A DNA stretch of 64,000 bases, taken from contig JAFSXC010000058.1 of the NCBI GenBank assembly GCA_017450105.1, positions 665 to 64,664 on the forward strand, in the 5' to 3' direction. Every line of letters begins with the position of its first letter. Positions within the stretch are counted from its first letter, which is position 1. This document shows, piece after piece, positions 19,166 through 29,231 of this stretch. The position numbers and the translations under genes are program-made. Source of the DNA: Lachnospiraceae bacterium (GTDB lineage: Bacteria > Bacillota > Clostridia > Lachnospirales > Lachnospiraceae). The notes under the pieces are model-generated. The model was given only the letters and a program-made list of their open reading frames with translations. It had not been told where the DNA came from and searched no databases.

Positions 19166-20431
19166 ATGAAAAAAGGATTCTTGAAACCACTTTTATTTTT
19201 AACAATTTGTGGAGCAGCCGTTGGTTTGTATGCGGACCAGGCGAAGGCCGGTGTTGCGGCGTCCGGGATCAGCGCGGTTTTACAGTCCTATATCGAGGAA
19301 ACGCTGCATCTTTCGGCGGAGGATAAGGAGGAGCCCATAATCGCGCCCCTGTCCTACGACGCGGATGAGACCGAAGCGACAGAAGCGGACGAAGCGGTAT
19401 CCGAGGCTGCGGAAACGGAAAGCGTTACGGAAGCGGGAACGGAAAATACGACGGAGGCTGTGACGGAGAGTTCCTCGGAACCGGCTGTGGAGGCCGAAAC
19501 GGAAGAGGGGGCCGTTGCGGAAGCGGCTGTGGATGAGAGCCCTGTGAGTGCCGGTGCCGGAGAGGTAGCGGCGGAAGCGGAGCCGGCGCCTACGGTCTGC
19601 GGTTATACGAATATCGGTATCGCCGATATTGAGGGGAATCTGAATATCCGTAAGGAGGCGTCTGAGGAGGCGGAGCTCTGCGGAAAGCTGCCGGCTGAGG
19701 CGGCCTGTGAGATTTTGGGAGAGTCCGGAGAGTGGTATCATATAAAATCCGGTGAGGTAGAGGGCTTTGTGAAGGCGGAGTTCCTGACGACCGGTGAGGA
19801 AGCGAAGACTTTGGCCGAGAGCCTGAAGAGTACGGTGGCCGTTGTGACAGCGGATGTTTTGAACGTCCGGGAACAGCCCAATACGGACTGCGAGATCGTG
19901 GACCAGATCGCGACCGATGAAGAGGTCCCGCTGATCGAGAATATGGGCGAATGGCTGAAGGTGGATGTGGACGGCGAGGAACGCTATGTAAAGGCGGAGT
20001 TCGTCCGGATCGACGATGTTTTGAAGGATGCGCTGACGATGACCGAGGTGCAGTACGGAGAGGGTGTCTCCGATGTGCGGGTCGCGGTTGTGAACTATGC
20101 GACGCAGTTCGTCGGGAACCGGTATGTCTGGGGCGGAACGTCTCTGACCAACGGCTGCGACTGCTCCGGCTTCGTGCTTTCCGTAATGGCGAACTTCGGG
20201 GTTTATCTTCCCCACCATTCGGGCTCCCAGGCCCTGTGCGGAACGAGGATCAGCTGCGATGAGCTGCAGCCCGGCGACCTGGTCTTCTACGGCGGCCGCA
20301 GGATCAGCCATGTGGCGATGTATATCGGCGGCGGAAGGATCGTGCATGCGGCCAACAGCCGTGTCGGTATTACGATCTCGAACCTCTACTACAGGACGCC
20401 GACCTGCTGCACAAGAGTGCTGTATACCTGA
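19166..20431 (+). CDS. Secreted SH3-domain + NlpC/P60 cell-wall hydrolase
   Basis: Signal peptide, an acidic E/A/T-rich linker, two SH3b-like segments ([21 protein letters not shown]; [12 protein letters not shown]) and the catalytic region [18 protein letters not shown]...H. Confidence 0.85.
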   Translation: MKKGFLKPLLFLTICGAAVGLYADQAKAGVAASGISAVLQSYIEETLHLSAEDKEEPIIAPLSYDADETEATEADEAVSEAAETESVTEAGTENTTEAVTESSSEPAVEAETEEGAVAEAAVDESPVSAGAGEVAAEAEPAPTVCGYTNIGIADIEGNLNIRKEASEEAELCGKLPAEAACEILGESGEWYHIKSGEVEGFVKAEFLTTGEEAKTLAESLKSTVAVVTADVLNVREQPNTDCEIVDQIATDEEVPLIENMGEWLKVDVDGEERYVKAEFVRIDDVLKDALTMTEVQYGEGVSDVRVAVVNYATQFVGNRYVWGGTSLTNGCDCSGFVLSVMANFGVYLPHHSGSQALCGTRISCDELQPGDLVFYGGRRISHVAMYIGGGRIVHAANSRVGITISNLYYRTPTCCTRVLYT

Positions 20432-20442
20432 TAAGTTTCCGG

Positions 20443-20471
20443 TTTACAAGAACCAGCCCCTGTGTTATAGT
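20443..20471 (+). promoter_or_regulatory. Promoter for rpsO, followed by a ~90-nt structured leader
   Basis: TTTACA (20443-48), 17 nt, TATAGT (20466-71). The leader contains TCCTCCGGC...GCCGGATGGAGGA pairing that could occlude the RBS, raising the possibility of S15 autoregulation. Confidence 0.45.
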
Positions 20472-20561
20472 AATTTGGTAACTGTCCTCCGGCGAAGTGC
20501 GCGGAATCTCCGACCGCATGCCTGGCCGGATGGAGGAAAGAAAAAAAGGAGGAATCGTATT

Positions 20562-20828
20562 ATGCTGACAAAGGAACAGAAGGAAGCCATTATCAAAGAA
20601 TATGGCCGTAAGGAAGGAGATACCGGTTCGCCGGAGGTGCAGGTAGCGCTTCTGACCACAAGGATTAACGAGCTGACCGAGCATCTTAAGATTAACCAGA
20701 AGGACCACCATTCGAGAAGAGGTCTTCTTAAGATGGTAGGACAGAGAAGAAGGCTTCTGGCCTATCTGAAGGGAATCGATATCGAGCGTTATCGTTCTCT
20801 GATTGAACGTCTGGGATTAAGAAAGTAA
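20562..20828 (+). CDS. rpsO: 30S ribosomal protein S15
   Basis: [35 protein letters not shown]; AAGGAGG RBS. Confidence 0.95.
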   Translation: MLTKEQKEAIIKEYGRKEGDTGSPEVQVALLTTRINELTEHLKINQKDHHSRRGLLKMVGQRRRLLAYLKGIDIERYRSLIERLGLRK

Positions 20829-20834
20829 TGGATA

Positions 20835-20863
20835 AACAGAGCGGAGCTTTCCGCTCTGTTTTC
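20835..20863 (+). terminator. rpsO terminator / pnp leader hairpin
   Basis: AACAGAGCGG-AGCTTT-CCGCTCTGTT followed by TTCTG. Confidence 0.75.
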
Positions 20864-20906
20864 TGTGTAAACAAATGGCAGTCGCCAGGAAGTGAAGGAG
20901 GAAAAG

Positions 20907-23009
20907 ATGGTAAAAACGTACACTATGGAGCTGGCCGGTCGGACGCTGAAGGTGGAGATCGGCAAAGTCGGAAAGCAGGCCAACGGCTGCGCTTTCATGC
21001 AGTATGGAGAGACGACGGTGCTCTCTACGGCTACGGCCTCGGAGAAGCCCAGGGAGGGAATCGATTTCTTCCCGCTGTCGGTGGAATTTGAAGAGAAGAT
21101 GTATGCCGTGGGAAAGATTCCCGGCGGCTTTAACAAGAGAGAAGGGAAGCCCTCGGAAAACGCGATCCTGACCTCCCGTGTTATCGACCGTCCGATGCGG
21201 CCGCTGTTCCCGAAGGACTATCGGAACGATGTTTCCCTGATCAATATGGTCATGAGCGTGGATCCCGCCTGCCGCCCGGAGCTGGTGGCGATGCTCGGCG
21301 CCTCCATCAGCACCACTATCTCCGATATCCCGTTTGACGGCCCGTGCGCGATGACGCAGATGGGACTTGTGAACGGGGAGCTGATCGTGAACCCGACCCA
21401 GGAGCAGTGGGCTTCGGGAGATCTGAAGCTGACCGTTGCGTCGACGGAGCAGAAGGTGATCATGATCGAGGCCGGCGCCAATGAGGTGCCCGAGGAGAAG
21501 ATGCTGGAGGCGATCTATAAAGCGCATGAGGTGAACCAGACCGTGATCGCCTTTATCAAGGGCATTGTCGCTGAGGTCGGAAAGCCGAAGCATGACTACG
21601 AGCATTATGTGATCCCGGAGGAGCTCTTTAGCGAGATCAAGACCCTTGTGCCGCCCGAGGAGATGGAAAAGGCGGTCTTTACCGACGAAAAGCAGGTCCG
21701 TGAGGAAAATATCCGTAAGATCAAGGACCGTCTTGCCGAGGCCTTTGCCGATAAGGAAGACTGGCTGCTGCTGATCGACGATGCGGTTTACCAGTATGAA
21801 AAGAAGACGGTGCGGAAGATGATCTTAAAGGACCAGAAGCGTCCCGACGGCCGTGCCGTGAACGAGATCAGGCCTCTGTCCGCCGAGGTGGATCTGATCC
21901 CGCGGGTCCATGGCTCCGCGATGTTTACGAGAGGCCAGACCCAGATCTGCGATGTGATTACGCTTGCGCCGCTCTCCGAGATGCAGAGAGTGGACGGGCT
22001 GGATGAGAATGTGACGCACAAGCGTTATATCCATCAATACAACTTCCCCTCCTATTCGGTGGGTGAAACAAAGGTGAGCCGCGGCCCCGGACGCCGCGAG
22101 ATCGGCCACGGAGCGCTGGCGGAGCGGGCCCTTTTGCCCGTGCTGCCGAGCGAGGAGGAATTCCCCTATGCGATCCGTGCGGTATCCGAAACCTTTGAGA
22201 GCAACGGTTCTACTTCGATGGCTTCGACCTGCGCCTCCTGCATGTCCCTGATGGCGGCAGGTGTACCGATCAAACGCATGGTAGCCGGTATTTCCTGCGG
22301 CCTTGTGACCGGGGAAACCGATGACGAATATCTGGTGCTGACGGATATCCAGGGCCTGGAGGACTTCTTCGGCGATATGGACTTCAAGGTGACCGGTACA
22401 ACGGAGGGTATTACGGCGATCCAGATGGATATCAAGATCCACGGCCTGACCCGCCCGATCGTGGAGGAAGCGATCCGCAGATGCCGCGAAGCCCGGCTCT
22501 TCATCATGGATAACTGCATGAAGCCCGCGATCAGCGGCCCGAGACCGGAGGTGAACGAATACGCTCCGAAGATCATCCAGATCCAGATCGACCCCGCGAA
22601 GATCGGTGACGTGGTCGGCCAGCGCGGCAAGACCATCAACGAGATCATCGAGCGCACCGGCGTGAAGATCGACATTACCGATGACGGCGCCGTATCCGTC
22701 TGCGGTACGGATAAGGATAAGATGGACAAGGCCATCGACATGGTCAAGATGATCGTGACCGAGTTCGAAAAGGGCATGATCTTAACCGGAACCGTCGTTT
22801 CCATCAAGGAATTCGGTGCCTTTATCGAGTTTGCGCCCGGCAAGGAGGGCATGGTGCATATCAGCAAGATTGCCCATGAACGGATCAACCACGTGGAGGA
22901 TGTCTTAACCCTCGGCGACAAGGTGACCGTGATCTGCCTCGGCAAGGACAAGATGGGACGCATCAGCTTCTCCATCAAGGATGTACCCGGCAGCAACGCT
23001 CCGGCGTAA
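20907..23009 (+). CDS. pnp: Polyribonucleotide nucleotidyltransferase (PNPase)
   Basis: Two RNase PH domains plus KH and S1 (GTVVSIKEFGAFIEF). The ATG at 20907 follows AAGGAGG. Confidence 0.95.
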   Translation: MVKTYTMELAGRTLKVEIGKVGKQANGCAFMQYGETTVLSTATASEKPREGIDFFPLSVEFEEKMYAVGKIPGGFNKREGKPSENAILTSRVIDRPMRPLFPKDYRNDVSLINMVMSVDPACRPELVAMLGASISTTISDIPFDGPCAMTQMGLVNGELIVNPTQEQWASGDLKLTVASTEQKVIMIEAGANEVPEEKMLEAIYKAHEVNQTVIAFIKGIVAEVGKPKHDYEHYVIPEELFSEIKTLVPPEEMEKAVFTDEKQVREENIRKIKDRLAEAFADKEDWLLLIDDAVYQYEKKTVRKMILKDQKRPDGRAVNEIRPLSAEVDLIPRVHGSAMFTRGQTQICDVITLAPLSEMQRVDGLDENVTHKRYIHQYNFPSYSVGETKVSRGPGRREIGHGALAERALLPVLPSEEEFPYAIRAVSETFESNGSTSMASTCASCMSLMAAGVPIKRMVAGISCGLVTGETDDEYLVLTDIQGLEDFFGDMDFKVTGTTEGITAIQMDIKIHGLTRPIVEEAIRRCREARLFIMDNCMKPAISGPRPEVNEYAPKIIQIQIDPAKIGDVVGQRGKTINEIIERTGVKIDITDDGAVSVCGTDKDKMDKAIDMVKMIVTEFEKGMILTGTVVSIKEFGAFIEFAPGKEGMVHISKIAHERINHVEDVLTLGDKVTVICLGKDKMGRISFSIKDVPGSNAPA

Positions 23010-23020
23010 GCCCTTACGAT

Positions 23021-23893
23021 ATGTGGATTTTGCTTCTGATCGGAGCTCTGCTCCTGCTGTATATCATCTGGCAGGCGGCGGAGCTCCGTCGATTTTCCGT
23101 AACCGAATATGAGATTTCCTCTTCCATGGTAAAAGCCCCGATCACGCTCGCGGTGCTTTCGGACCTTCACAGCTTCTCCTACGGGCCCGGGAACGAAAGG
23201 CTGCTCTCGGCTGTCCGGTCGGCGAACCCGGACCTGATCCTGATGCCCGGGGACATGATCGTAACGGCCCGGACGAACCGCTATGCAGTAACCGAGTCTC
23301 TTATGAAGGAGCTTGTGCCGATCGCGCCGGTGTTTGCCTCCTGCGGGAACCATGAAAGCCGCGCGATGCAGGACATTCCGGAATTTGCCGGTTTTTTAAG
23401 GACGATCGAAAGAATCGGGGTGGTCCTTCTGGACAACGCCTTTTCTACGGAAAAGGTAAAGGGGACTGCTCTTAGGATCTACGGCCTTTCCATCCCGCTT
23501 GAAAACTATAAAAGAGGGCGGCTTCTGCCTCTTCCGAAGGGCTATCTGGAGGAACATCTGGGGCCGCTTCCGGAGGAGGAGCTTTCGATCCTTCTTGCCC
23601 ACGATCCGGCCTATGCGAAGGACTATTTTGCCTACGGCCCTGCGCTTACCCTGTCCGGGCACAACCACGGGGGCCTGGTCTGCCTGCCCGACGGGCGAAG
23701 CGTCTTTTCGCCGCGGCTTTCCCTGTTCCCGGAATACGGGGCCGGGAGGTTTGAGGAGGGCAAAAAGACCCTGATCGTGTCCCGCGGACTCGGGACCCAT
23801 ACTTACCACGTCCGCATTTTTAACCGGGCGGAGCTTGTCGTGGCAAGGCTCGTTCCCGAGACCGGAAAAGAAACGACTGTGGAGCAGATGTAG
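23021..23893 (+). CDS. Membrane-anchored metallophosphoesterase
   Basis: N-terminal TM segment and calcineurin-like motifs LSDLHS, GDMI, GNHE and GHNHGG. Confidence 0.8.
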   Translation: MWILLLIGALLLLYIIWQAAELRRFSVTEYEISSSMVKAPITLAVLSDLHSFSYGPGNERLLSAVRSANPDLILMPGDMIVTARTNRYAVTESLMKELVPIAPVFASCGNHESRAMQDIPEFAGFLRTIERIGVVLLDNAFSTEKVKGTALRIYGLSIPLENYKRGRLLPLPKGYLEEHLGPLPEEELSILLAHDPAYAKDYFAYGPALTLSGHNHGGLVCLPDGRSVFSPRLSLFPEYGAGRFEEGKKTLIVSRGLGTHTYHVRIFNRAELVVARLVPETGKETTVEQM

Positions 23894-23934
23894 AAGGGAA
23901 TTTGCGTCTGCCTACAAAATCTTGTATTTTTTTC

Positions 23935-23963
23935 TTGAAATTCCAAATCCCGGTGGCTATAAT
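23935..23963 (+). promoter_or_regulatory. Near-consensus promoter abutting the scpA start
   Basis: TTGAAA (23935-40), 17 nt, TATAAT (23958-63). ATG 23971 begins 7 nt after the -10 element. Confidence 0.55.
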
Positions 23964-23970
23964 GGAAGCC

Positions 23971-24720
23971 ATGGGCATTCAGGTAAAGCTGGAAGCATTC
24001 GAAGGTCCCTTAGATCTTCTGCTTCATCTCATCGAAAAAAATAAAGTGGACATCTACGATATCCCGATCGTCTCGATTACCGAGCAATACATGGACTACA
24101 TCGCCGGTATGAAGAAGCGGGATCTGGATGTGGCGTCCGAGTTTCTGGTTATGGCGGCGACGCTTCTGGAGATCAAATCCAGGATGCTTCTGCCGGTGGA
24201 GCCGGAGGAAGAGGGCGAGGAAGAGGATCCGAGGGCGGAGCTTGTGCAGCAGCTTCTGGAGTATAAGATGTATAAGCGTATGTCCATGGAGCTGAAGGAC
24301 CGCGCGATGGATGCGGACCGGGTCTGGTACAAGCTGCCTACGATCCCGGAGGAGGTGCTCCGGTACGAGGAGCCCGTCGATCTGCAGAAGCTGATCGGGA
24401 ATGTAACGCTGGCCAGGCTGAATTCCATCTTCCGGCAGATTATGCGGCGTGTGGAAAACCGTGTGGATCCCATCCGCTCCAAATTCGGGACGATCAAGCA
24501 GGAGGAGGTTACGCTGGAGGAATGCATGGAGGAGCTGAAGCTCTATGCGAGAAAGCACAGGTCCTTCGGCTTCCGACAGCTCCTGGAGAAGAAGAACAGC
24601 CGTATGCAGCTCATCGTGACGTTCCTGGCGATCCTGGAGCTTATGAAGACCGGGGAGATCCGGATTGAGCAGAGCCGTCTTTTTGATGATATAAGGATTA
24701 CTTCGCTGATCGCGGCTTAG
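23971..24720 (+). CDS. scpA: Segregation and condensation protein A
   Basis: MGIQVKLEAFEGPLDLLLHLIEKNKVDIYDIPI is a typical ScpA N-terminus. ATG 23962 lies inside the -10 hexamer, so 23971 is preferred. Confidence 0.85.
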   Translation: MGIQVKLEAFEGPLDLLLHLIEKNKVDIYDIPIVSITEQYMDYIAGMKKRDLDVASEFLVMAATLLEIKSRMLLPVEPEEEGEEEDPRAELVQQLLEYKMYKRMSMELKDRAMDADRVWYKLPTIPEEVLRYEEPVDLQKLIGNVTLARLNSIFRQIMRRVENRVDPIRSKFGTIKQEEVTLEECMEELKLYARKHRSFGFRQLLEKKNSRMQLIVTFLAILELMKTGEIRIEQSRLFDDIRITSLIAA

Positions 24721-24767
24721 CTTTCGGACCGAGGGAGGCTGCGGCCTGGCCTTATTATTTTACGACT

Positions 24768-25325
24768 ATGAATTATGAATCTGTGATCGAAGCCATTCTG
24801 TTTACAATGGGGGAATCCGTGGAGGTTTCGCGGATCGCCTCGGCGCTTTCGCTTCCGGAGAGTGAGACGGAGGAGCTTCTGAAACAACTGCAGAAACGAT
24901 ATGAGGAGGAGGACCGCGGGATGCGGCTTCTCTGCCTGGAGGGGAACTCCTGGCAGATGTGTACGAACAGCGAGCTCTATCCTTATCTGATCAAGATCGC
25001 GGCCCAGCCGAAAAAACGGGTGCTGACGGACGTGCTTCTGGAGACGCTCTCCATTATTGCCTACAAGCAGCCGGTGACCAAGGCGGAGATCGAAAAGATC
25101 CGGGGCGTGAATTCCGACCATGTCGTGAACCGTCTGGTGGAATACGGTCTGGTGGAGGAGCTGGGGCGGCTGGACGCGCCGGGAAGGCCGGTGCTGTTCG
25201 GCACTACGGAGGAATTCTTAAGGAGCTTTGGGGTGGCCTCTCTGGAGGAGCTGCCGGAGCTGTCTCCGGAACAGGTGGAGCAGTTTCGGGAGGAGGCCGA
25301 GCAGGAGGTCCGGGTCGAGGTATGA
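24768..25325 (+). CDS. scpB: Segregation and condensation protein B
   Basis: IEAILFTMGESV...LETLSIIAYKQPVTKAEIEKIRGV. Confidence 0.9.
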   Translation: MNYESVIEAILFTMGESVEVSRIASALSLPESETEELLKQLQKRYEEEDRGMRLLCLEGNSWQMCTNSELYPYLIKIAAQPKKRVLTDVLLETLSIIAYKQPVTKAEIEKIRGVNSDHVVNRLVEYGLVEELGRLDAPGRPVLFGTTEEFLRSFGVASLEELPELSPEQVEQFREEAEQEVRVEV

Positions 25326-25364
25326 GAATCGCGGCCGGGGCCGCAAGGGGTGCGAACAGGAACC

Positions 25365-25397
25365 AAAAAAGGAACGGGATTTGCCCGTTCCTTTTTT
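25365..25397 (+). terminator. Intrinsic terminator after scpB
   Basis: GGAACGGG-ATTTG-CCCGTTCC followed by TTTTTT. Confidence 0.8.
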
Positions 25398-25402
25398 GTC
25401 CC

Positions 25403-25431
25403 TTGAAAACGCCGATTAAAAGAGGTACAAT
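25403..25431 (+). promoter_or_regulatory. Promoter of the decarboxylase operon
   Basis: TTGAAA (25403-08), 17 nt, TACAAT (25426-31). Confidence 0.6.
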
Positions 25432-25462
25432 ATACGCTAGGTTTTTTTGTACATAAGTAAGG

Positions 25463-26911
25463 ATGGAGGATATGAGCATGAGCAACACAAGCACTCAGGC
25501 AGTCGCAAGGATTCAGGCTCTCCTGGACGAAGGAAGCTTCATGGAGATCGGAAATGCTGTGACTGCGCGCAGCACGGATTTTAATCTGGCGGCGAAGAAG
25601 GCTCCCTCAGACGGCGTGGTGATCGGCCACGGGACCATCGACGGAAACCTTGTCTTCGTATACAGCCAGGATGTATCCGTTCTGAACGGCACCATCGGTG
25701 AGATGCATGCCAGAAAGATCGCTACGATCTACGATATGGCGGTTAAGATGGGAGCGCCCGTCATCGCGCTTTTGGACTGCGGCGGGATCCGGCTCCAGGA
25801 ATCCTATGACGCGTTATCGGGACTCGGAAAGATTTACCGCAAAATGGGTCTTTCCAGCGGGATTATTCCGCAGATCTCCGTTGTGCTCGGAAACTGCGGC
25901 GGTGGCTTATCCGTTTTATGCGCCCTTTCCGACTTTACCTTTGTGGAGAAGGAGAAGGGAAGACTGTTTTTGAACTCTCCGGATGCGGTGAAGGAAAATA
26001 CGAAGGAAAAATGCGATACGGCAGGCTCCGCCTTCCAGGCCGCAGAGACCGGGAATGTGGATATGGTCGGAACGGAGAGCGAGATCTATACGGCGATCCG
26101 TACGCTGATCCCGATGCTTCCCGACAACAATGCCGGAAAGCAGCTCGAAAAGGTGACTGCGGACGATCTGAACCGTGCCTGCGCTTCGATGGACACAATG
26201 GTCGGGGACGGAGTTTATCTCCTGTCCGAGATCGCGGATGACCATGTCTTCTTCGAAACAAAGAGAGATTACGGAAAGCAGATGACGACGGGCTTCCTCC
26301 AGATCAACGGAACCACGATCGGTGCCGTTGCCAATACAAAGGAGCTGCATGACGAGAAGGGCGCCGTAAAGGAGAGTATGGAAAACGTTCTGACGGCTGC
26401 CGGCGTCGACAAGGCCGTGGAATTTATCAACTTCTGCGATGCCTTTGAAATCCCGGTTCTGACGCTGACCAACGTAAAGGGCTTCTGCCGCTGCATGTGC
26501 GCGGAGAAGAGACTCCCGAAGGCCATGGCGAAGCTCGTTTCTGCCTATACGAATGCCACCGTTCCGAAGGTGACCGTGGTGACCGGCGAGGCCTATGGAA
26601 GCGCGGGTGTGATCATGGGCATGAAGGAGGTCGGAGCGGACCTGGTATATGCCTGGGAGACCGCGAAGATCAGCATGATGGAATCCGACCTGGCTGCGAA
26701 GATCATGTACGACGGCGAGGATGCCGCCGTGATCAGCGAAAAGGCGAAGGAGTACGATGCGCTGCAGGCGAATATCGACTGCGCAGCGGCCAGAGGCTAT
26801 GTGGACCGCATTATCGCTCCCGCCGATACGAGAAAGTATCTGGCGGCTGCTTTCGAAATGCTGTATACGAAGAGCGTGGAAACGCCCTATAAGAAGCACG
26901 GCACAAAATAA
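25463..26911 (+). CDS. mmdA: Acyl-CoA carboxyltransferase (methylmalonyl-CoA decarboxylase alpha / 12S-like)
   Basis: Carboxyl_trans-family sequence throughout. The true start may be ATG 25478 (GGAGG at 25465-69). Confidence 0.85.
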   Translation: MEDMSMSNTSTQAVARIQALLDEGSFMEIGNAVTARSTDFNLAAKKAPSDGVVIGHGTIDGNLVFVYSQDVSVLNGTIGEMHARKIATIYDMAVKMGAPVIALLDCGGIRLQESYDALSGLGKIYRKMGLSSGIIPQISVVLGNCGGGLSVLCALSDFTFVEKEKGRLFLNSPDAVKENTKEKCDTAGSAFQAAETGNVDMVGTESEIYTAIRTLIPMLPDNNAGKQLEKVTADDLNRACASMDTMVGDGVYLLSEIADDHVFFETKRDYGKQMTTGFLQINGTTIGAVANTKELHDEKGAVKESMENVLTAAGVDKAVEFINFCDAFEIPVLTLTNVKGFCRCMCAEKRLPKAMAKLVSAYTNATVPKVTVVTGEAYGSAGVIMGMKEVGADLVYAWETAKISMMESDLAAKIMYDGEDAAVISEKAKEYDALQANIDCAAARGYVDRIIAPADTRKYLAAAFEMLYTKSVETPYKKHGTK

Positions 26912-26928
26912 GGATGGGGGAGGGACGT

Positions 26929-27654
26929 ATGAAGATGTTAAAAAAAGTCATACCCTGTCTGGTCCTGATCCTCTGTCTCTTCGGTATGACCGCCTGCGGT
27001 GAGGACCCGAGGACAGTAGACTACAACGGCTACAGCTATGACGAGCTGAAGGATGCCTGCGTAAATACGGCGCTTACGCTGGAGCAGATCTCCCCGGAGG
27101 AGGCTGCGGCCTACCAGGAGAGCGGGTCGGAAACGACGGCGAACCTGGTATCCTCATGGATGGAGAGCCGGCCGCCGCTCGGCGAGTTCGTGGGCTTCGG
27201 CGAGTTCGAGGTGACGAAATCGGGGAAAACCCTGACGGCTGCCCAGACCCTGAATTATGAAGTCCGCCCGATGATCCTGACCTATGTGTTCAATGCCAAC
27301 TCCATGGAGGTTACGGATATTACGGTGGATCTGGTCTATACCACGGGCGAAAAGATGCAGAAGGCCGGCCTGAATACGGTGCTCTGCCTCGGCGTGGTGT
27401 TCGCGGTACTGATCGTCATCAGCCTGATCATCGCGGCCTTTGGTATCTTCCCGAAAATCCAGGCGGCTGCCGCGAAGAAGAAGGAGACGCCTGCGCCGGA
27501 GGTGAAGAGCCCGGATATCGTGGAGCAGATCAAGGAACGGGAGACAGTAACGGACGATACGGCGCTGATCGCCGTGATCGCTGCCGCTGTTGCGGCGGAT
27601 ACGGGAACGAGTCCGGACGGCTTCGTTGTCCGATCCATTAAGAGAAGAGGATAA
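26929..27654 (+). CDS. Lipoprotein-like domain fused to an OadG-type (gamma/delta) decarboxylase subunit
   Basis: A lipobox-like LFGMTAC, a ~140-aa soluble domain, then the TM helix LCLGVVFAVLIVISLIIAAFG and an Ala-rich tail as in OadG/MmdD. Confidence 0.7.
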   Translation: MKMLKKVIPCLVLILCLFGMTACGEDPRTVDYNGYSYDELKDACVNTALTLEQISPEEAAAYQESGSETTANLVSSWMESRPPLGEFVGFGEFEVTKSGKTLTAAQTLNYEVRPMILTYVFNANSMEVTDITVDLVYTTGEKMQKAGLNTVLCLGVVFAVLIVISLIIAAFGIFPKIQAAAAKKKETPAPEVKSPDIVEQIKERETVTDDTALIAVIAAAVAADTGTSPDGFVVRSIKRRG

Positions 27655-27672
27655 ATAGGAGGAAAAGGAAAA

Positions 27673-28044
27673 ATGAAAAACTATACGATCACAGTAAACG
27701 GCAACGTATATGATGTTACGGTGGAAGAGAAGGGCGCCGGAGCTGCTCCGGCCGCGGCTCCCAGGGCTGCTGCTCCTGTCGCTGCTCCGGCTGCTGCGCC
27801 GGCTCCGGCGGCTGCTTCCGGGGGAGCGGGCAAGATCCAGATCAACGCAGGAGCTGCCGGAAAGGTGGTTTCCATCGAAGCCAAGGTCGGCGATGCGAAG
27901 AAGAAGGGCGAGACCATTCTGACGCTTGAGGTTATGAAGATGGAGACCCCGGTTGTGGCCCCTGAGGACGGAACCGTGGCCAGCATCGATACAACGGTCG
28001 GAAAGGCCGTAGAGGCAGGAGAGCTGCTCGCAACATTAAACTAA
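27673..28044 (+). CDS. mmdC: Biotin carboxyl carrier subunit
   Basis: Ala/Pro linker and the biotinylation motif EVMKMETPV. Confidence 0.9.
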   Translation: MKNYTITVNGNVYDVTVEEKGAGAAPAAAPRAAAPVAAPAAAPAPAAASGGAGKIQINAGAAGKVVSIEAKVGDAKKKGETILTLEVMKMETPVVAPEDGTVASIDTTVGKAVEAGELLATLN

Positions 28045-28061
28045 GCAGGGAGGAATCTTAA

Positions 28062-29210
28062 ATGAGCTATGTAGCGGAAACCATGGATAACCTCCTGCAC
28101 CAGACAGCGTTTCTGAACCTGAATGTCGGTAATTATATTATGATCGCCGTGGCCTGTATCTTCCTGTACCTCGGCATCCGCAAAGGGTTCGAGCCGCTGC
28201 TTCTCGTACCGATCGCTTTCGGTATGCTGCTGGTGAATATCTATCCGGATATTATCGCTTCTCCGGAGGAAACCAGCAACGGTGTCGGCGGGTTGCTCTA
28301 TTATTTCTTTCAGTTAGATGAATGGTCCATCCTTCCCTCGCTGATCTTCCTGGGGGTAGGTGCCATGACGGACTTCGGACCTCTGATCGCGAATCCCATC
28401 AGCTTCCTGATGGGCGCAGCGGCGCAGTTCGGTATCTTTGCTGCCTATGCCATGGCCATTCTTCTCGGCTTCAACGACAAGGCAGCGGCTGCCGTTTCCA
28501 TTATCGGAGGTGCGGACGGACCGACGTCGATCTTCCTGGCCGGGAAGCTCGGACAAACGGGTCTGATGGGGCCCATTGCGGTGGCGGCCTATTCGTATAT
28601 GGCCCTGGTCCCCATTATCCAGCCGCCGATCATGAAGCTTTTGACAACAAAGAAGGAACGTGCGATCAAGATGGCGCAGCTTCGACCCGTCAGCAAGCTG
28701 GAACGGATCCTGTTCCCGATCGTCGTTACCATTATCGTCTGCCTGATCCTTCCGACCACGGCTCCCCTGGTGGGTATGCTGATGCTCGGAAACCTCTTCC
28801 GGGAATCCGGGGTGGTCCATCAGCTTCAGGAGACAGCCAGCAACGCCCTGATGTACATCGTGGTTATTCTGCTCGGTACCTCCGTGGGTGCGTCCACCAG
28901 TGCCGAAGCCTTCCTGAACGCCACGACGATCAAGATCGTTGTCCTCGGACTGATCGCCTTTATCTTCGGTACGGCGGCCGGTGTGCTGCTCGGGAAGCTG
29001 CTGTGTGTGCTTACGAAGGGTAAGATCAATCCTCTGATAGGCTCGGCCGGCGTGTCCGCCGTGCCCATGGCGGCCCGTGTGTCCCAGAAGGTGGGCGCGG
29101 AAGCAGATCCGACGAACTTCCTTCTGATGCACGCGATGGGCCCGAATGTGGCCGGCGTGATCGGTACCGCTGTCGCAGCGGGAACCTTTATGGCGATCTT
29201 TGGAATCTGA
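28062..29210 (+). CDS. mmdB: Na+-transporting decarboxylase beta subunit (OadB/MmdB/GcdB family)
   Basis: A 382-aa polytopic membrane protein with OAD_beta-like sequence (GAMTDFGPLIANP, IGGADGPT, IGSAGVSAVPMAARV). Confidence 0.9.
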   Translation: MSYVAETMDNLLHQTAFLNLNVGNYIMIAVACIFLYLGIRKGFEPLLLVPIAFGMLLVNIYPDIIASPEETSNGVGGLLYYFFQLDEWSILPSLIFLGVGAMTDFGPLIANPISFLMGAAAQFGIFAAYAMAILLGFNDKAAAAVSIIGGADGPTSIFLAGKLGQTGLMGPIAVAAYSYMALVPIIQPPIMKLLTTKKERAIKMAQLRPVSKLERILFPIVVTIIVCLILPTTAPLVGMLMLGNLFRESGVVHQLQETASNALMYIVVILLGTSVGASTSAEAFLNATTIKIVVLGLIAFIFGTAAGVLLGKLLCVLTKGKINPLIGSAGVSAVPMAARVSQKVGAEADPTNFLLMHAMGPNVAGVIGTAVAAGTFMAIFGI

Positions 29211-29231
29211 TGAGTGAAAAGGAGAGAATCA

